A DNA stretch of 64,000 nt from Eledone cirrhosa (GCA_964016885.1 OZ024756.1:25420001-25484000), one strand, 5' to 3'. Shown: positions 32,400 through 46,830, numbered from the stretch's first letter. Notes: generated by a model from the letters alone, not told the origin. Translations and numbers: made by a program.

Positions 32400-32676
32400 C
32401 AACAACGATAACTATAATAAAAATTCATAATAATTGTTTCTTCTTTAGCCACAACGCCAGCAGTAGTGATAATAACAGTGATTTCTTTATTAGCCACACA
32501 GGGCTCACGCCAAGAAAACATTAAGGACAACACAGGACCGCACAGAATGATACAACGTGTGTAAAAAAATGTTAACGGAAAACATTTTAACAGAAACAAA
32601 TTCCCCAATAGGGGGAAACTTCCGAGGATCATTTGAGGAGAAAGTAGTAGTAGTAGTGGTAGTAGTAATGATGATG

Positions 32677-32761
<85 letters not shown>

Positions 32762-33649
32762 TTTTACTTTCTACGTAAGTTTACTCTTAACAACACCTCT
32801 CTCACAACACAAGATCACTCTATCTCTATCACCCCCTCAGAGAGAAGCTAAATTTAAGCTATTTTTAACAACACTGCTCTCGGAAAACCCCGAATCCTGC
32901 CATCCACTCCTATCTCACCACCAGGCGTCTCTGGTAGACCAATGAAGTACCATGGATGCTAATAGCTGCCTCTCTCTTCGATCAACAAAATATGGTAGAC
33001 CAGTACCAGAGAGAGGTCTGAAATAGCTCACTAAGACTGGGATACTGTTGAAAAGAAAACAATTTAGACATCTCGGGGTGGTGTGAGCACTAGGAGGGAG
33101 GGACAGTGGACAAAGGAACAGCTGTCCACACGAAGCGAAATTCCTTCTGAGAAAGTGGTATAGACCTGACTAACTAATTTTAATTTCTTTAAACTACTAA
33201 CTTCGCAGAAGTTCCCTTTGTGGTGTTTGATAGTTACGTTCCTTTACACTATCTAAAAGGTTTGTTTACTCATAGCTAAATTCGAAACCACCTACTCTTG
33301 AAGAACTCTTGCATATTTTCTAAATCAACTTGTGGAGATAGCCGTTTTCTTATTTTATTACATGTTGAATAAGTTAGGGTGTATAACCCAACGAAAATTA
33401 AGAACCTGTATATGTCACTGTTATAAATAATTATACTTATTTCGTCTTATGGACGGTCGTTAGCGAGCTTATACTATTAAGTCTACGCTAAGGTATGTCA
33501 ATATCTTAACACTAAATCGGCCCTTGCCATTCTGAGTTCAAATCCCGCCGAGGTTAACTTTGCCTTTTATCCTTACGGGGTCGATAAAATAAAGTACCAG
33601 TAATGCACTGGGATAATTGCTGGCCTTGTGCCAAAAGTAGAAACAATTA

Positions 33650-33710
33650 TATTTTATCTGATGAAAGCACACTAAAATTTTTGTGTCCTTGAAATAGGTA
33701 TAATAAAATA
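33650..33710 (+). ncRNA. Type I hammerhead ribozyme
   Basis: tattttat-CTGATGA-aagcacac..gtgtcctt-GAAA-tagg-tATA-ataaaata. Confidence 0.75.
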
Positions 33711-34744
33711 TTTTCAATTTATTAATATTGTTAAAATTAATTAAGGGCGGTGGATTGGCAGTATCGGTAGAGAGTTGGTCGCCATGCTTTGCAGCAAAGA
33801 GTTACAGCCTTTTATGGTCTGAGTTCAAATCCCGCCGAGGTTAACTTTGCCTTTCATCCTTACGGGGTCGATAAAATAAAGTACCAGTAATGTACTGGGT
33901 AATTACTGGCCTTGTGCCAAAAGTAGAAACAATATTGTTAAAATTAATAATACTCCAGATAGAATCTGTAGAGTGCTTCAAAACTGTTATAAAATTAACT
34001 TTGTTGAATGATAATCAACAAAGCAGTATTTTTTTAGTAATATTAATATCATTATATGCTTATAACATCCCTATTCTGATCACTTCTATTTTGATTACAA
34101 TTTATTATAACCACCGCATCACATTTAGCCATCTATTTATTTTATTACATTTATATTATTATCTTTAATAAGCCCACTTTGATCTGATTTTAGTTTTACT
34201 AATATATTATTTTATATTAGCCATTCCCTCTATCTCGGTTTGTTCCAGTAGTATACCTTCAAGTTTTATATATTATATCAAATTATTAATTAATTAGTAT
34301 TAATTTGTTATCTTTAGGTAATTTGTTATTTCTTTTATCCTTCCATATTATTTAGAATATGTATAAATAAATTTTTTAGAGAATTTTTTAGAAAATTTTT
34401 TTAATAAGATTTTTTAATAAAATTTTTGATTGAAAATTTTTTTGATTAATTTTTTTATCAATTTTAATAATAGACAGCTTTTTACTATATATTGATAAAT
34501 TATTTTATTAATATTTGCTAATATATTATTCTAAAATTATTATTAATAATTTTTTTAATAATTCTTTAATTCTATAATCATTAGCCCTGATATTTATTAT
34601 TGTTGTTATTACACCTTGACTTACTAAATAAACATTTAGTAACTCTCCTTTAAAAAAAATATTTATGAATTACCTCCCTTTCATTCTTATTTCTCCATTA
34701 ACCGTCATCTATATATTAATTTCAACAATGTCAGTATTCCGTGT

Positions 34745-35600
34745 GTCATAAAAGAGATAGGGATGCAGGCAAAACACCTAGATGTGATAACAATTGCAGA
34801 CTCTGCATCGAGGATATCACCCATGTCATCAGCAGCTGTCCAAAGATGTCATCGCGGTACTATCTACTATGAGGCATGATGTAGTGGCCAAAACACTGTA
34901 CAACGCAGTTCGTAAAAACTATAGCCCCGATAATAAACACATTAAAAGCTACAGCAATGTGGAAGACATCCATGTACATAATATGAAAGAGTACCGGTGG
35001 AATGTTCCAGTAAAAACCCCAATAAAATGCAGGCATAACAGACCAGATATTATGATATGGGACAGGGAGAAGAAAACATGCACAGTAGTGGAAGTTAGCT
35101 GCCCAGCAGATGCCAATATAATATCAAAGATTAGTGAAAAGGAGAATATTTATGCAGAACTGATGAGAAATCTGCAGATACTCCACCCTGATTACACCTT
35201 CAGATTTATGCCTGTGATTATTGGGGCACTGGGATATGTTAGTAACTGCCTCAATACAAATCTTGAGAAGCTAGGCTTCACAGGAACAGAAAGAACACAA
35301 CTAGTTAGGAAATTACAAGTACAATCCATTAATGGAACAGTAAAAATATGTAAAACATTCCAAACATTTTGCATCTAATAACTGCATATACACATGTACA
35401 GATGCAAAGGATATACACATGCACACATACAACTCAAAACATACACATCCACACATACAATAACATCCATATATACACATGCATGCATACATATCTACCT
35501 AGTTGATGTTGTGTAAATTCCAATGAGAGAGTCTTGTGTCTATGTTAGAAACCGACTCTCTCTCTATTGGTAAAACTTCGTGAAATTATAAAACCAGAAG
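34745..35600 (+). mobile_element. 3' fragment of an RLE-type (R4/NeSL-like) non-LTR retrotransposon
   Basis: CCHC knuckle CRLC..EDITHVISSC (frameshifted), RHD, RPDIMIW..VVEVSC (PD-(D/E)xK) and IIGALG in ORF 34794..35378. Confidence 0.85.
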
Positions 35601-36532
35601 AACATACACACATACATACATGATGGCTGACCCCTCGTTATCGCGTATGGCGATTGCACGATATACCATTATTAATAAATATTAACTAATTCTATCGTGT
35701 AATGCCTGTGCGTGAAGATTTTTTTTTAAGTGAGGAGAGACTGTGCACCGAGCCAATCCCACTCTCTGAGCGACAGTAGCTATAACCCTGAAAAGAAGAA
35801 AAGATCAACATCATCGGTAACTACTGAGCCGCAGGTTTTATGTCGGAGTTATCCCAGTTTCCTGAGTTGCCTTCTCCTAGAAGAATGCCCTGACAAAGGC
35901 TAGAGGTCCTTCATTCCCAGTGGTTTAACCGCGCGATTGGGTATCCACCCCTACTATTTCTATGTCTCCGCGCATATACATACACATGCACCCATGTATA
36001 TACACATATACATACATATGTACATGTGTATATATACATATTTACACTCTTTCGGATGGCCGTTGACTCTTATTAGTTCTTCCGCCCTGTGTAAGGTTTT
36101 GTTTTTTGTTCTGCAGGGTGTCCAAAATCACCCTCCTCACCAAGTAAACTTGGTGGGGGTTGCTGGTTTAGTCGCCGACGACCCGACCATGTGTCAGGTT
36201 GTACTGGGTTACATGTTACCAGTAGCAATCAAGAGTGACCCGACATACATACATACCCACACACGCACACATACACATACACACATGGGCACGCGCACAC
36301 GCACGCACACACACACACAGTGTACGACGCTCCCACGAACACAAATATTTATAGTCATCCAATAGTTTCATTTCAATTAATTCCGAAGTTTCGGGAATAA
36401 TGTATTAATTCATTCTCTAGTAATGTCTGCTGGTATTTCAATCTAGTTTGATTAATTAGACTAATTAAACATAAGTTATTTCAGTGTTCTAATGATATAT
36501 AAACCATACCTACATTATAAAGTTTATAGTTC

Positions 36533-36611
<79 letters not shown>

Positions 36612-36678
36612 ATATATACATATATATATATATATATAAATAAATATATATATATATATGTATATATATATATGTATG

Positions 36679-36733
<55 letters not shown>

Positions 36734-36769
36734 GTATATATATACATATATATATAAATATATATATAA

Positions 36770-37330
<561 letters not shown>

Positions 37331-37364
37331 AGAAAATGCGAAGTAGTTTCAGATGTTATATATG

Positions 37365-37421
<57 letters not shown>

Positions 37422-37606
37422 TATATATATATGTGTGTGTATGTGTATGTGTATGTATGTATTTGTATATCTATGTATATATAAATATATAAATGTATAA
37501 ATATATATACATGTGTGTATGTATGTTTGTATGTATGCTTGTATATATATATATATAAATATATACATATATATATACATATATATATATACATACACAC
37601 ACACAT

Positions 37607-37675
<69 letters not shown>

Positions 37676-37703
37676 TATATATATATATACAAGCATACAT
37701 ACA

Positions 37704-37747
<44 letters not shown>

Positions 37748-37750
<3 letters not shown>

Positions 37751-39503
37751 TTTACGTATCGAGAAAGAGAGAAAAAATGGAGGGATAGGTGATACATATA
37801 GTTATTTGCCAAGTAGCGTATGCCAAAGGTGCTCGATACTAGTGCCGGCAGTCTTAAATATTCGAAGTGTTAATATTTAGTGGGCTAGAGAGTTAGCAGA
37901 GCGTAAGCACGTGGGAAAGTGAAAAATCGGAGAATAGACCGTTAAAACATGTTTATTGAAAATATCACCTACGTACGTTTCGCCCAGTTGGGCTTCTCAA
38001 GGGCATAAACAGTCACAAGTGTTCCTTATATAGTTTGGAAAGAGATTTGGGGGTTAAATCGACATCAAGATTCATCGCTCGCAAAAATATCTTGTTTTGA
38101 TTTTGCAGCAGGTCAAGGCAGGTAACTTTGGCCGGTGTTAGGGCAGTCTTTCCCGGATAATTTTTGGTATGCAGGGATCGTTTTCTGGGTGTTGTTTTGC
38201 TGCGCCTGCCCGCCGGGGGGTTAAGACTTGTTGCAGGGAGATCCAGTGTGTTATTTCACTCTCCATTCTTAACCCATCTAAAGAAGGATATTTTTAAGCG
38301 ATGTGTACAACTTATCACTGTTTCAGCTCTGCTGTTGATGAGCTCGTGGGGTGCAGTTATGATGTGGTAGAGCTCCATGAGGCAAAGATCGCATTTCCTC
38401 TTGAAGTTGTACGGTGCAGCCCTGTCGACAATCTCCCAGTGCGTGGAGAAGCTAATGTTTAAGTCCTTTAGTGATGTGATGTAGTCCGCTAGCGAGGTGG
38501 AGTGCCTTAGTTTTCTATTTGTGAAAGAGTGGAGATGTGTTCGAAACCTAATTTTGAACGGGCCGGAGGTGGCCCCTATATAATGTTTAACACTATTGTG
38601 GCTAGTAATAGTGCATCTATATATAACCCTATCGGTCAAGCAGTATCCTCTAAGGGGGCACCGTCCTCTGTCGCGGCAGTTGCAATTTCTGTCGCTGTTC
38701 CGTCTATTTCCCACGATAAGGCTATCATTGTTGCTGCCTACGTTGTTAGCTGTGCTACCGCAGCTGTCGTTAGCACAATTACAACCCACAGCACGCGGGA
38801 TGGTGCGATTGTTATTCCGCACGCCATGTTTTGCATGCTCCCCAGTCACTTCGCGGTCATTCTGGTTGCGTCTGCGGATGCCGTTGCCAACACTATTGGA
38901 TGCTGTCAGGGAGTTGTTAAGGCCGATACAGTTATTGTCAGGTGTAGGTGCGTCTGCGTTGAGGTGCTGTGTCTTGGTGATCTTACTGTGGTTCGTTGTT
39001 CCTATGATGTCTGCTAGGTTAGGAGTAGTAGAGAAGGATATTTTTATATTGTTCCTATTAAGAATTTTTCTATACCTATGGTTGGGTGGGAAGTTCTTCT
39101 CTAAGGCTTCGAAGAATATCCGGGGTATGTTGGAGGCCACACTTCGAGAGTAGGGGGGGGGGGGGGTGGAACCATAGGACGTTACGGTGGCGATTACGTG
39201 TCCTTGTACTTTTGCTACGGGTGGTTCCATCTAAGTGATCGCTCTTATGTGTGTTAATGCGCTGTCGCCCGTTCGGTGCCCCTTTCACTTTATGCTCGGG
39301 TGCACTCTTTCTACCACTTCCATGTTTATGTACACGAAGATGTTGGTTGGAAGGCGTTGGTAGTAGGCCGTCGCCTTTGTTGGTTTTGTAATAGGGGAAT
39401 AGTTTATGCCCTTGAGAAGCCCAACTGGGCGAAACGTACGTAGGTGATATTTTCAATAAACATGTTTTAACGGTCTATTCTCCGATTTTTCACTTTCCCA
39501 CGT
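37748..39503 (-). mobile_element. 5'-truncated Naiad-clade Penelope-like retroelement with inverted 102-bp pLTR (37909-38010 / 39402-39503)
   Basis: RNVLWFHPP|YSRSVASNI (frameshift in a G15 run), FPPNH..KILNRNNIKISFS, CNCRDRGRCPLRGYC, VIY..HYIG..FKIRF.THLHSF, CDLC..E, CTHR. Confidence 0.88.
38256..39230 (-). CDS. Penelope-like (Naiad) RT thumb/linker plus GIY-YIG endonuclease, partial ORF
   Basis: 324-aa open frame with GIY-YIG motifs and CxCx5C, HxxxF, CxLC and CxH signatures. Confidence 0.85.
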   Translation of the reverse strand: MEPPVAKVQGHVIATVTSYGSTPPPPYSRSVASNIPRIFFEALEKNFPPNHRYRKILNRNNIKISFSTTPNLADIIGTTNHSKITKTQHLNADAPTPDNNCIGLNNSLTASNSVGNGIRRRNQNDREVTGEHAKHGVRNNNRTIPRAVGCNCANDSCGSTANNVGSNNDSLIVGNRRNSDRNCNCRDRGRCPLRGYCLTDRVIYRCTITSHNSVKHYIGATSGPFKIRFRTHLHSFTNRKLRHSTSLADYITSLKDLNISFSTHWEIVDRAAPYNFKRKCDLCLMELYHIITAPHELINSRAETVISCTHRLKISFFRWVKNGE

Positions 39504-39641
39504 ATATATATATATATATATATATAGGAACCAGTAAGACCCCTGGGGTCTTACTGGTTCCTATTACCCACTCTGCTACCCTAAGTATTGAGTACTTTGG
39601 TGCGTTATGGTCCACCTGGTTCCTTACCACATTTCCTTTGT

Positions 39642-39705
<64 letters not shown>

Positions 39706-40435
39706 AGCATACATAGAAGCATACATACAAACATACATACACACATATATATATATATTTATACATTTATATATACATAGATATACAAATACATACACAT
39801 ACATATATATATATTTTTATATATATATATATAACGAAGGAGGTGTGGTAAGAAACCAGATGGATCATAACGCGTCCAGAAATAGCCGTCGAAACGGCTT
39901 GAGCTCTGCCGTCGGGGTCAAACATTTTCCTATATATATATATATATATGTGAGTGTGTGTATGTATGTGTGTGTGTATGTGTGTGTATGTATATATGTG
40001 TGTGGGGGGGGGGGGTATGCATGTTTGTATCTATGCTTGTATGTATGTGTGTGTGTAGCAAAGATATATGGAGATAATCCGAAAAGAGTTAATACTGCCA
40101 TGTAATAATCGTTTCAATCTCCATGTCACTAATGATGTAATCCGCTGACGATATAAGATTTACGGTTGCCGAATTTCCAGGGCATTGTGTGATATGCAAT
40201 ATTTAATAATGCTTTGTTGAACTCAATATTTTTCCTCTTCGACTAAATTATCTTATATGAACATTAATCGAATATGATGTATTGAATCATATGTAAAGCT
40301 ATTAAATGATTTAAAGAAATCTACTTTGTTATATATCGGCGGCAATCGGTGGATGGTGAAGTTCTCTATAAAGAGGAAGAGAACATTATGAAAAAATGGA
40401 AAGACCATTTCTTTGATATTTTTTCAACCTTTCTA

Positions 40436-40684
40436 TTATAGACTTTGTAGGACTCCTGTCTGAAGGCTGAAGAAGTCTCTATCAACATCATGAAATCGAA
40501 ACATTGATTTTGTGTCCTTATAGAGCATCATGATTGCTTTGACTGTTTCTTCTGGTATTCCATGGGCTCGAAGTATTTCAGCCATTTTACCTTCATGCAC
40601 TGAATCGAATGCTTTCGAGAAGACCACAGAGAGCATGACTGCCTCCAGGTTTCTTGCTCTTACACCTTCAATGATTTTTTTCAA
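40436..40684 (-). pseudogene. LINE reverse transcriptase fragment
   Basis: FSKAFDSVH...GIP...IMMLY...GVLQ. Confidence 0.8.
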
Positions 40685-40689
40685 CTTAG

Positions 40690-42240
40690 CAATTTACAAT
40701 ACATTCTTCTGCCAAAAAGAAAGAGGCATAAAGTTACCTGGATACACCCAAGGTCAAAAGATGGCCACATGATAGATTTCATAGTAACCCGGAGATGCGA
40801 CTTCAATGATGTCTGTAACGTGTGCGTCAAGCGTAGTGCAGAATGCAACTCAGACCATAAGATGGTTCGGGGAAAGTTTAAGTTACATGTTCGGAAATAG
40901 ACTCGTATGTGTGGGATAAAATCACTGAAGCGTATTGATGTTGGAAAGTTAAAACAGCAACAATAAACGTTTGGATAATATTCACTTTGATGGAACGTGG
41001 TTAAACTTCAGGGATCAATTGTATACAGCAGGAGCAGAAGAACTTGGATTCAGGGCGAAAAAAAAAACATAAAGGCTGGTTTGACGCTAATAATCTGGTT
41101 ATCAGCCAACTATTAAAGTTTTGAAGAGAGTTCCCTACGAATATAACTGCTATTAAAAAGATATACAAAGAATATAAAGCCACCTTACAACGTGAGCTGA
41201 GAAGGTTTAAAAATAAATGGTCTCTGAAAATATTGAAAGTGCTTATAGCGCAAAGAATACAAAACTGTTTTATAGTCCTTTGTGTGCAGTATATGGTCCA
41301 ACAACTTCATCTACTCTTCCAATAAGGTCCAAAGACGACACTGCCATCATCAAGGAATCGGTGAAAATCCTTAAGCGTTTTTATTTGATAATCCATCATC
41401 AGTTGATCATGGTGTGCTAGATGTGTTGTACATTTTAAAATAGATCGATTACCAGATTATAATCCATCATCAGTTGATCATGGTGTGCTAGATGTGTTGT
41501 ACATTTTAAAATAGATCGATTACCAGATTATAATGAGGTTTAATGGCCATCAATCAGTTAAACACAGGTAAGGCACCTGGATCAGATGGACTCCCTGTGG
41601 AAGTGTTAAAGATTGGTAATAAGAACATAACACAAACAATACTCCATCTCATCACAGAGTGCTGGGCTGGAGCTTCTATACCACAAGACTGAATAGATGG
41701 TATCTTGGTGACCTTGTTTTAAGGTTTGAGGATAAAGGAATTTGTGATCACAACCGTGGCATCATTCTGTTGGAATCTGTGGGCAAAGTTCTTGCTAGAT
41801 TATTCTTGAACAGGTTGATGGAGGACATTTGTTTTATAGCCATTCCTAAATCACAAAGTGGATTTAGATCTGGCAGAGGGACGATTGATATGGTCTTTTC
41901 TGCAAGGCAGTTAAAGGAGAAGTATATTGAGCAGCAGGTTCCTCTTAATCGGGTTTTTGTTGATCTGACAAAGGCCTTTGATATGGTGAACAGAGGTACG
42001 CTGTAGAAAATACTAGGGAAAAAGCTACAGTATGAACCTCAATAAGGATACAGGGAATTGGAGTTGTGAAGTGTGTGGTCGTCTACTGCTCTCTAAATCT
42101 GGGTACATCACTCATTAAAAATCACATGAAAAGCTAACTGTATACAGCACTATCTCTCCAATACTAGGTGAGACAACATGCGTGGTGTGCAAAAAAATCT
42201 GCAAATCAATTTCCGGTTTTAAAAGGCATATAGCCGAATT
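40690..42240 (+). mobile_element. Degenerate RTE-clade LINE (APE C-terminus, RT, terminal C2H2 finger)
   Basis: IDFIVTR..SDHKMV, GKAPGSDG, RGIILL..GKVLAR, QSGFRSGRGTIDMVF..RQL.EK, FVDLTKAFD; CVVC...KRH near 42180. Confidence 0.85.
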
Positions 42241-42324
42241 GTTGGTGTTTTTGCTTGTTTCTTTTTCTAGCACGTAAAACTTTTACTAAAAGCCATATCG
42301 AATTTAATGTTAAATATTTACAAT

Positions 42325-42572
42325 ATCACTACTCGAATGTCTCAGGAAAGAATCACTGGACAGATTTTACAGACGAAACCAACTGGCAGGAGACCCAGAG
42401 GTATACCCCGAGCAAGATGGTTGGATAACATCCATGAGCTTGGCTGCTCTCGCTTGGGGATGCAGCTGAATCAGTTGGGGGTGGTTGCTTCTAACAGAAC
42501 CCGCTGGAAGAAGTGTTTGAGGATTCGGCTCCTACGACCCTCTCAGGAATAAGTGGGCGAAGAAGAAGATTA
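42325..42572 (+). mobile_element. RTE-type LINE 3' end with (GAA)n tail; inverted copy at about 46120-46632 with a ~121-bp internal tandem duplication
   Basis: PTGRRPRGIPRARWLDNI and PTGRRHRGRHRARW motifs. Confidence 0.8.
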
Positions 42573-42984
42573 ATAAAAAACGAATTAAGAATTAGACTGT
42601 CAAAGTGGCTGAGTGGTGAATGTGCCATAGATCCTATCGAGTTCAATTCTACGCGCGCGTGAAGAATTCTAGTTCTCAGCGAGAAAGATTTCTTTTTTCT
42701 CTTAATTGTTCCAAGGGACGTAACTCTTGACTTTGTTTTCTAAAGTTATGTCACTTGAAATACAGTTTTTTGTTTTAATTTTGATTCGCATTATGGTTTG
42801 AAAAGTTCTTTTTTTTTTAACAGTCTTTATTTTTTATTGAATACTCTTGCAGAATGAAAATATAAACACAATTAATAAGAAAATAAATACAATTAATTAT
42901 TCCTCGGAACCTTATTAATGTAATGCACAAAATATATGTCAAAGCGAAAGAAAAAGTAACAAAAAAAAAAGAAAATCAATTCAC

Positions 42985-44480
42985 CACCAAGTGGGTCAAT
43001 CGGTTACACACCTCAACGGTCATCGGAAAATTTTTGAGACAAGCCAACACGCTCATATCATTACCGCGAGTAATGGCGAGGCTAAGGTGCTAAAACATCC
43101 AGGCACGCTCACGGGCATCACCTGAGGTTAGCCAACTTAGATCAAAAGATAGTCTCAAAGGCTTGGTCAGTAATTAGGGCTCCAAGGGAGCACCACACTG
43201 ATGAGAGAGGAACTGCGATAGAAGGGAAGGACTCTATAAACAGATTTACAGTCTACTGATGTGAAGCTGAGTGGTTGAGGGACCAGAGCTGGCATTTGGA
43301 ACTGTTGATATTAAGGCTCTTGCAACCCAGTTCCTCAATCAACGTCTTCGCAGTTGCGAGGACCTTATCTGGAAGACACCCCCAAACAAACATCATCCAG
43401 ATACCAGACATTCAAATCCATGTGAGCTCCTATCTTGGTGACGTCATCAATACTCAGTGTGAAAAGAGCGGCTCAGAGTGGGTTACCCTGTTGGACCCCG
43501 GGGCAGATAGGATGAAATGGTCAACAAAGGAGAGGTAGGAGGGCTCCTGATAAGCTTGCCAAGTAAAGTGGTAAAGCTAGTGGTAAAGCTGTGGGGCTCT
43601 CTCCTTTACTGAATGGAGGATGACATCCCAACTGATGGAAATGAAGGCGTTCCTGAGATCTAGTTTGAGGATAACTTTTGGGGTCTCAGAAGGCAAGTTG
43701 GTAAAAGCTCTGGTAGCATGAGCAGCAGCTTCACAGCCCAGCTTGGTACTCAACTCTTAACTGAATAGAGGAACATTTCACAGACAGGCGGCCTGAAATT
43801 GAGGACAGATACACTTTCACTGTGAGTTGTCGCAGAATAACCCAACTGCTATGGGGCAGAGGTCACCATTAGGCTTTGTGAGGCCAAACAGTTTAACTCC
43901 AAAGAACAGGAGGAAAATGTAAGGAAGGACAATCCTGGATGAGAACAGTTTAACAAACTGGGTTAGGTTCTCCAAGAGCTCAAGGCCAGCATCACTGGCT
44001 GACAGGAAGATATCATCCTTGAGGTGCTGAGGTCGTAGACCATGAATCCCTGCACAAAAATTCGCAAGAAAATACAATCACTTTCCTGATGCTATCTGAG
44101 GTGAAGACAAGTTGTAATTAGCCTGGTGGGTCAGGCAAATGTAAGCAGTCATCCAGAAGAGCTGCTGGATGTTTCTCCCACAGTTGATTGAAGGAATAAA
44201 TAGTGCACTGGGCAAGGGAAGACAGAGAGGAGAAAAGGCAAACACTCCCTTTACTGTCAAATTCATTAAATTTGGCATTGACGGCATTCTTTTTAAGTTC
44301 GGTGATCATCCATTGATCGGTACTGAGTTGATCACCGACCTGAGATGAGCAGTATTTGGGGTGAGCTCAAACAGCTCAAACTGCCATGGAGAGAAACAAG
44401 AGGGAATAAGAACAGTTTCTGCCAATCCGAGATGTTGCTGGATAGGCAGATGTTCTTCAACAGCTCGAGAAAGCACGGTT
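42985..44480 (-). mobile_element. Degenerate CRE-clade non-LTR retrotransposon; second 3' fragment at about 52395-52705
   Basis: GLRPQHLKD, FFGVKLFGLTKPNGDL.PIAVG, GTKLGCEAAAHATRAF, LKLDLRNAF, VQQGNP, LSLAITRGN; second fragment [24 protein letters not shown]. Confidence 0.8.
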
Positions 44481-44990
44481 CTTTTTTCGTTTGTTTTTTG
44501 GGGGTTTTTTCGTTCACTTTGACCATATATTTTTGTGCATTATATTTATAAGGTTCCTAGCAATAATTAATTGTATTTATTATTTGTGTTTATATTTTGA
44601 CAAGTTAGGCCTTGTTATGAGAATAAAAGAAAAGTTTTATGGGAGAAAATATGAGAAATGAAATATTTAGTGGTCATAACATTGCTAACCCAATGGTGTG
44701 GGCTGCACCAAGTAGGGGAGCATTCACTTGTGTGTGGGAACCCGTGTGTAAGCCGCCTTGTGGACAGAATTAAGAAAACATTTCTCCAGTGGGTGGTGAG
44801 GGAGAAGCGTTGTGATAGCCATTCCAACTCGTGGGGCTTGCTCCAATGGGTGACCAAGTGAAAATAAAGACCTAAATAAACCCTATATAAAATAAAGACC
44901 TGTATAGATTTTTCCCACTGACCATTAATCACTGCTACAATTACTCCTCTCCCAAATTGTTATTCAGTGATATTAACAAAAGAAAAAGAG

Positions 44991-46033
44991 AAATGTTTAT
45001 ACCCAGAGAAGAATAGATATGCAATGTCATGTGTATATTATGTTTATAACATAGTACTTGAAATTGTTATACTGTGATAAATGTTTATACCAAAAGAAGA
45101 ATAGATACGCAATGTCATGTGTATATTATGTTTATAACATAGTACTTGAAATTGTTATACTGTGATAACTGTTTATACCAAAAGAAGAATAGATACGCAA
45201 TGTCATGTGTATATTATGTTTATAACATAGTACTTGAAATTGTTATACTGTGATAAATGTTTATACCAAAAGAAGAATAGATACGCAATGTCATGTGTAT
45301 ATTATGTTTATAACATAGTACTTGAAATTGTTATACTGTGATAAATGTTTATACCAAAAGAAGAATAGATATGCAATGTCATGTGTATATTATGTTTATA
45401 ACATAGTACTTGAAATTGTTATACTGTGATAAATGTTTATACCAAAAGAAGAATAGATATGCAATGTCATGTGTATATTATGTTTATAACATAGTACTTG
45501 AAATTGTTATACTGTGATAAATGTTTATACTAAAAGAAGAATAGATATGCAATGTCATGTGTATATTATGTTTATAACATAGTACTTGAAATTGTTATAC
45601 TGTGATAAATGTTTATACCAAAAGAAGAATAGATATGCAATGGCAGGTGTATATTATGTTTATAACATAGTACTTGAAATTGTTATACTGTGATAACTGT
45701 TTATACCAAAAGAAGAATAGATACGCAATGTCATGTGTATATTATGTTTATAACATAGTACTTGAAATTGTTATACTGTGATAAATGTTTATACCAAAAG
45801 AAGAATAGATATGCAATGGCAGGTGTATATTATGTTTATAACATAGTACTTGAAATTGTTATACTGTGATAAATGTTTATACCAAAAGAAGAATAGATAT
45901 GCAATGGCAGGTGTATATTATGTTTATAACATAGTACTTGAAATTGTTATACTGTGATAAATGTTTATACCAAAAGAAGAATAGATATGCAATGGCAGGT
46001 GTATATTATGTTTATAACATAGTACTTGAAATT
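44991..46033. repeat. 88-bp tandem minisatellite, about 12 copies
   Basis: Unit aaatgtttataccaaaagaagaatagat(a/t)..caatg..tgtatattatgtttataacatagtacttgaaattgttatactgtgat. Confidence 0.95.
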
Positions 46034-46632
46034 TTTATACAGCATGAATAACAAGAGAGTAATGTTTATATTTAGACAAGAATGGATACCCAATATTATG
46101 TATATATTTTGTTTAAAACTTCTTCTTCTTCTTTTTTTTCTTCTTCTTCTTCAACCACTTATTCCTGGGAGGGTCGTGGGGGCTGAGTCCTCAAACTCCC
46201 TCCAGCGGGTCCTGTCAGAAGCAACCGTCTCCAACTGATTCGGCTGGATCCCCAAGCATGATCAGCCAAGCTCATGGATGTTATCAACCATCTTGCTCGG
46301 TGTCTACCCCTGTGTCTCCTGCCAGTTGGTTTCACCCGTAAAATCTGTCCAGTGATTCCTTCTTGAGATTTTCTAACCACATGCCCATAGTATCAGAGCC
46401 GAGATCTCTCAATTCAAAGAAGTAATGGCTCTACCAGGAGTGACTCTCTATTCTCCGAGCTACAGATCTGTCCAGTGATTCTTTCCTGAGACATTCTAAC
46501 CACATGCCCATAGTATCAGAGCTGTGATGTCTCAATTCAGAGAAGTAATGGCTCTACCAGGAGTGACTCTCTATTCTCCGAGCTACAGATCTGTCCAGTG
46601 ATTCTTTCCTGAGACATTCTAGCCACATGCCC

Positions 46633-46830
46633 TACTCGTTTCCGGGGGTAGCTACCGGCGCAGTAACTCCCCTTTGACCGTTTCTCTGGTCGCGATTCTT
46701 GTCGATGTGGCCTGCCTGCTTACATCGGTGGCAAATTATTTCAGGCTTCGGCTCAGCTTCATGACCAAACAGAGCCTCAACTTCCGATGTGACGTCACTG
46801 CCCCTTTGCTTCCGGAATCTTAACCCCACA
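46633..46830 (-). pseudogene. Gag-like zinc-knuckle fragment (LTR retrotransposon relic)
   Basis: ICHRCKQAGHIDKN (last Cys of CX2CX4HX4C lost). Confidence 0.5.

Noticed and set aside
38010-39230. Selenoprotein-type Naiad (in-frame TGA plus SECIS)
   Set aside because: The preserved frame has no in-frame TGA and I could not identify a SECIS by eye.
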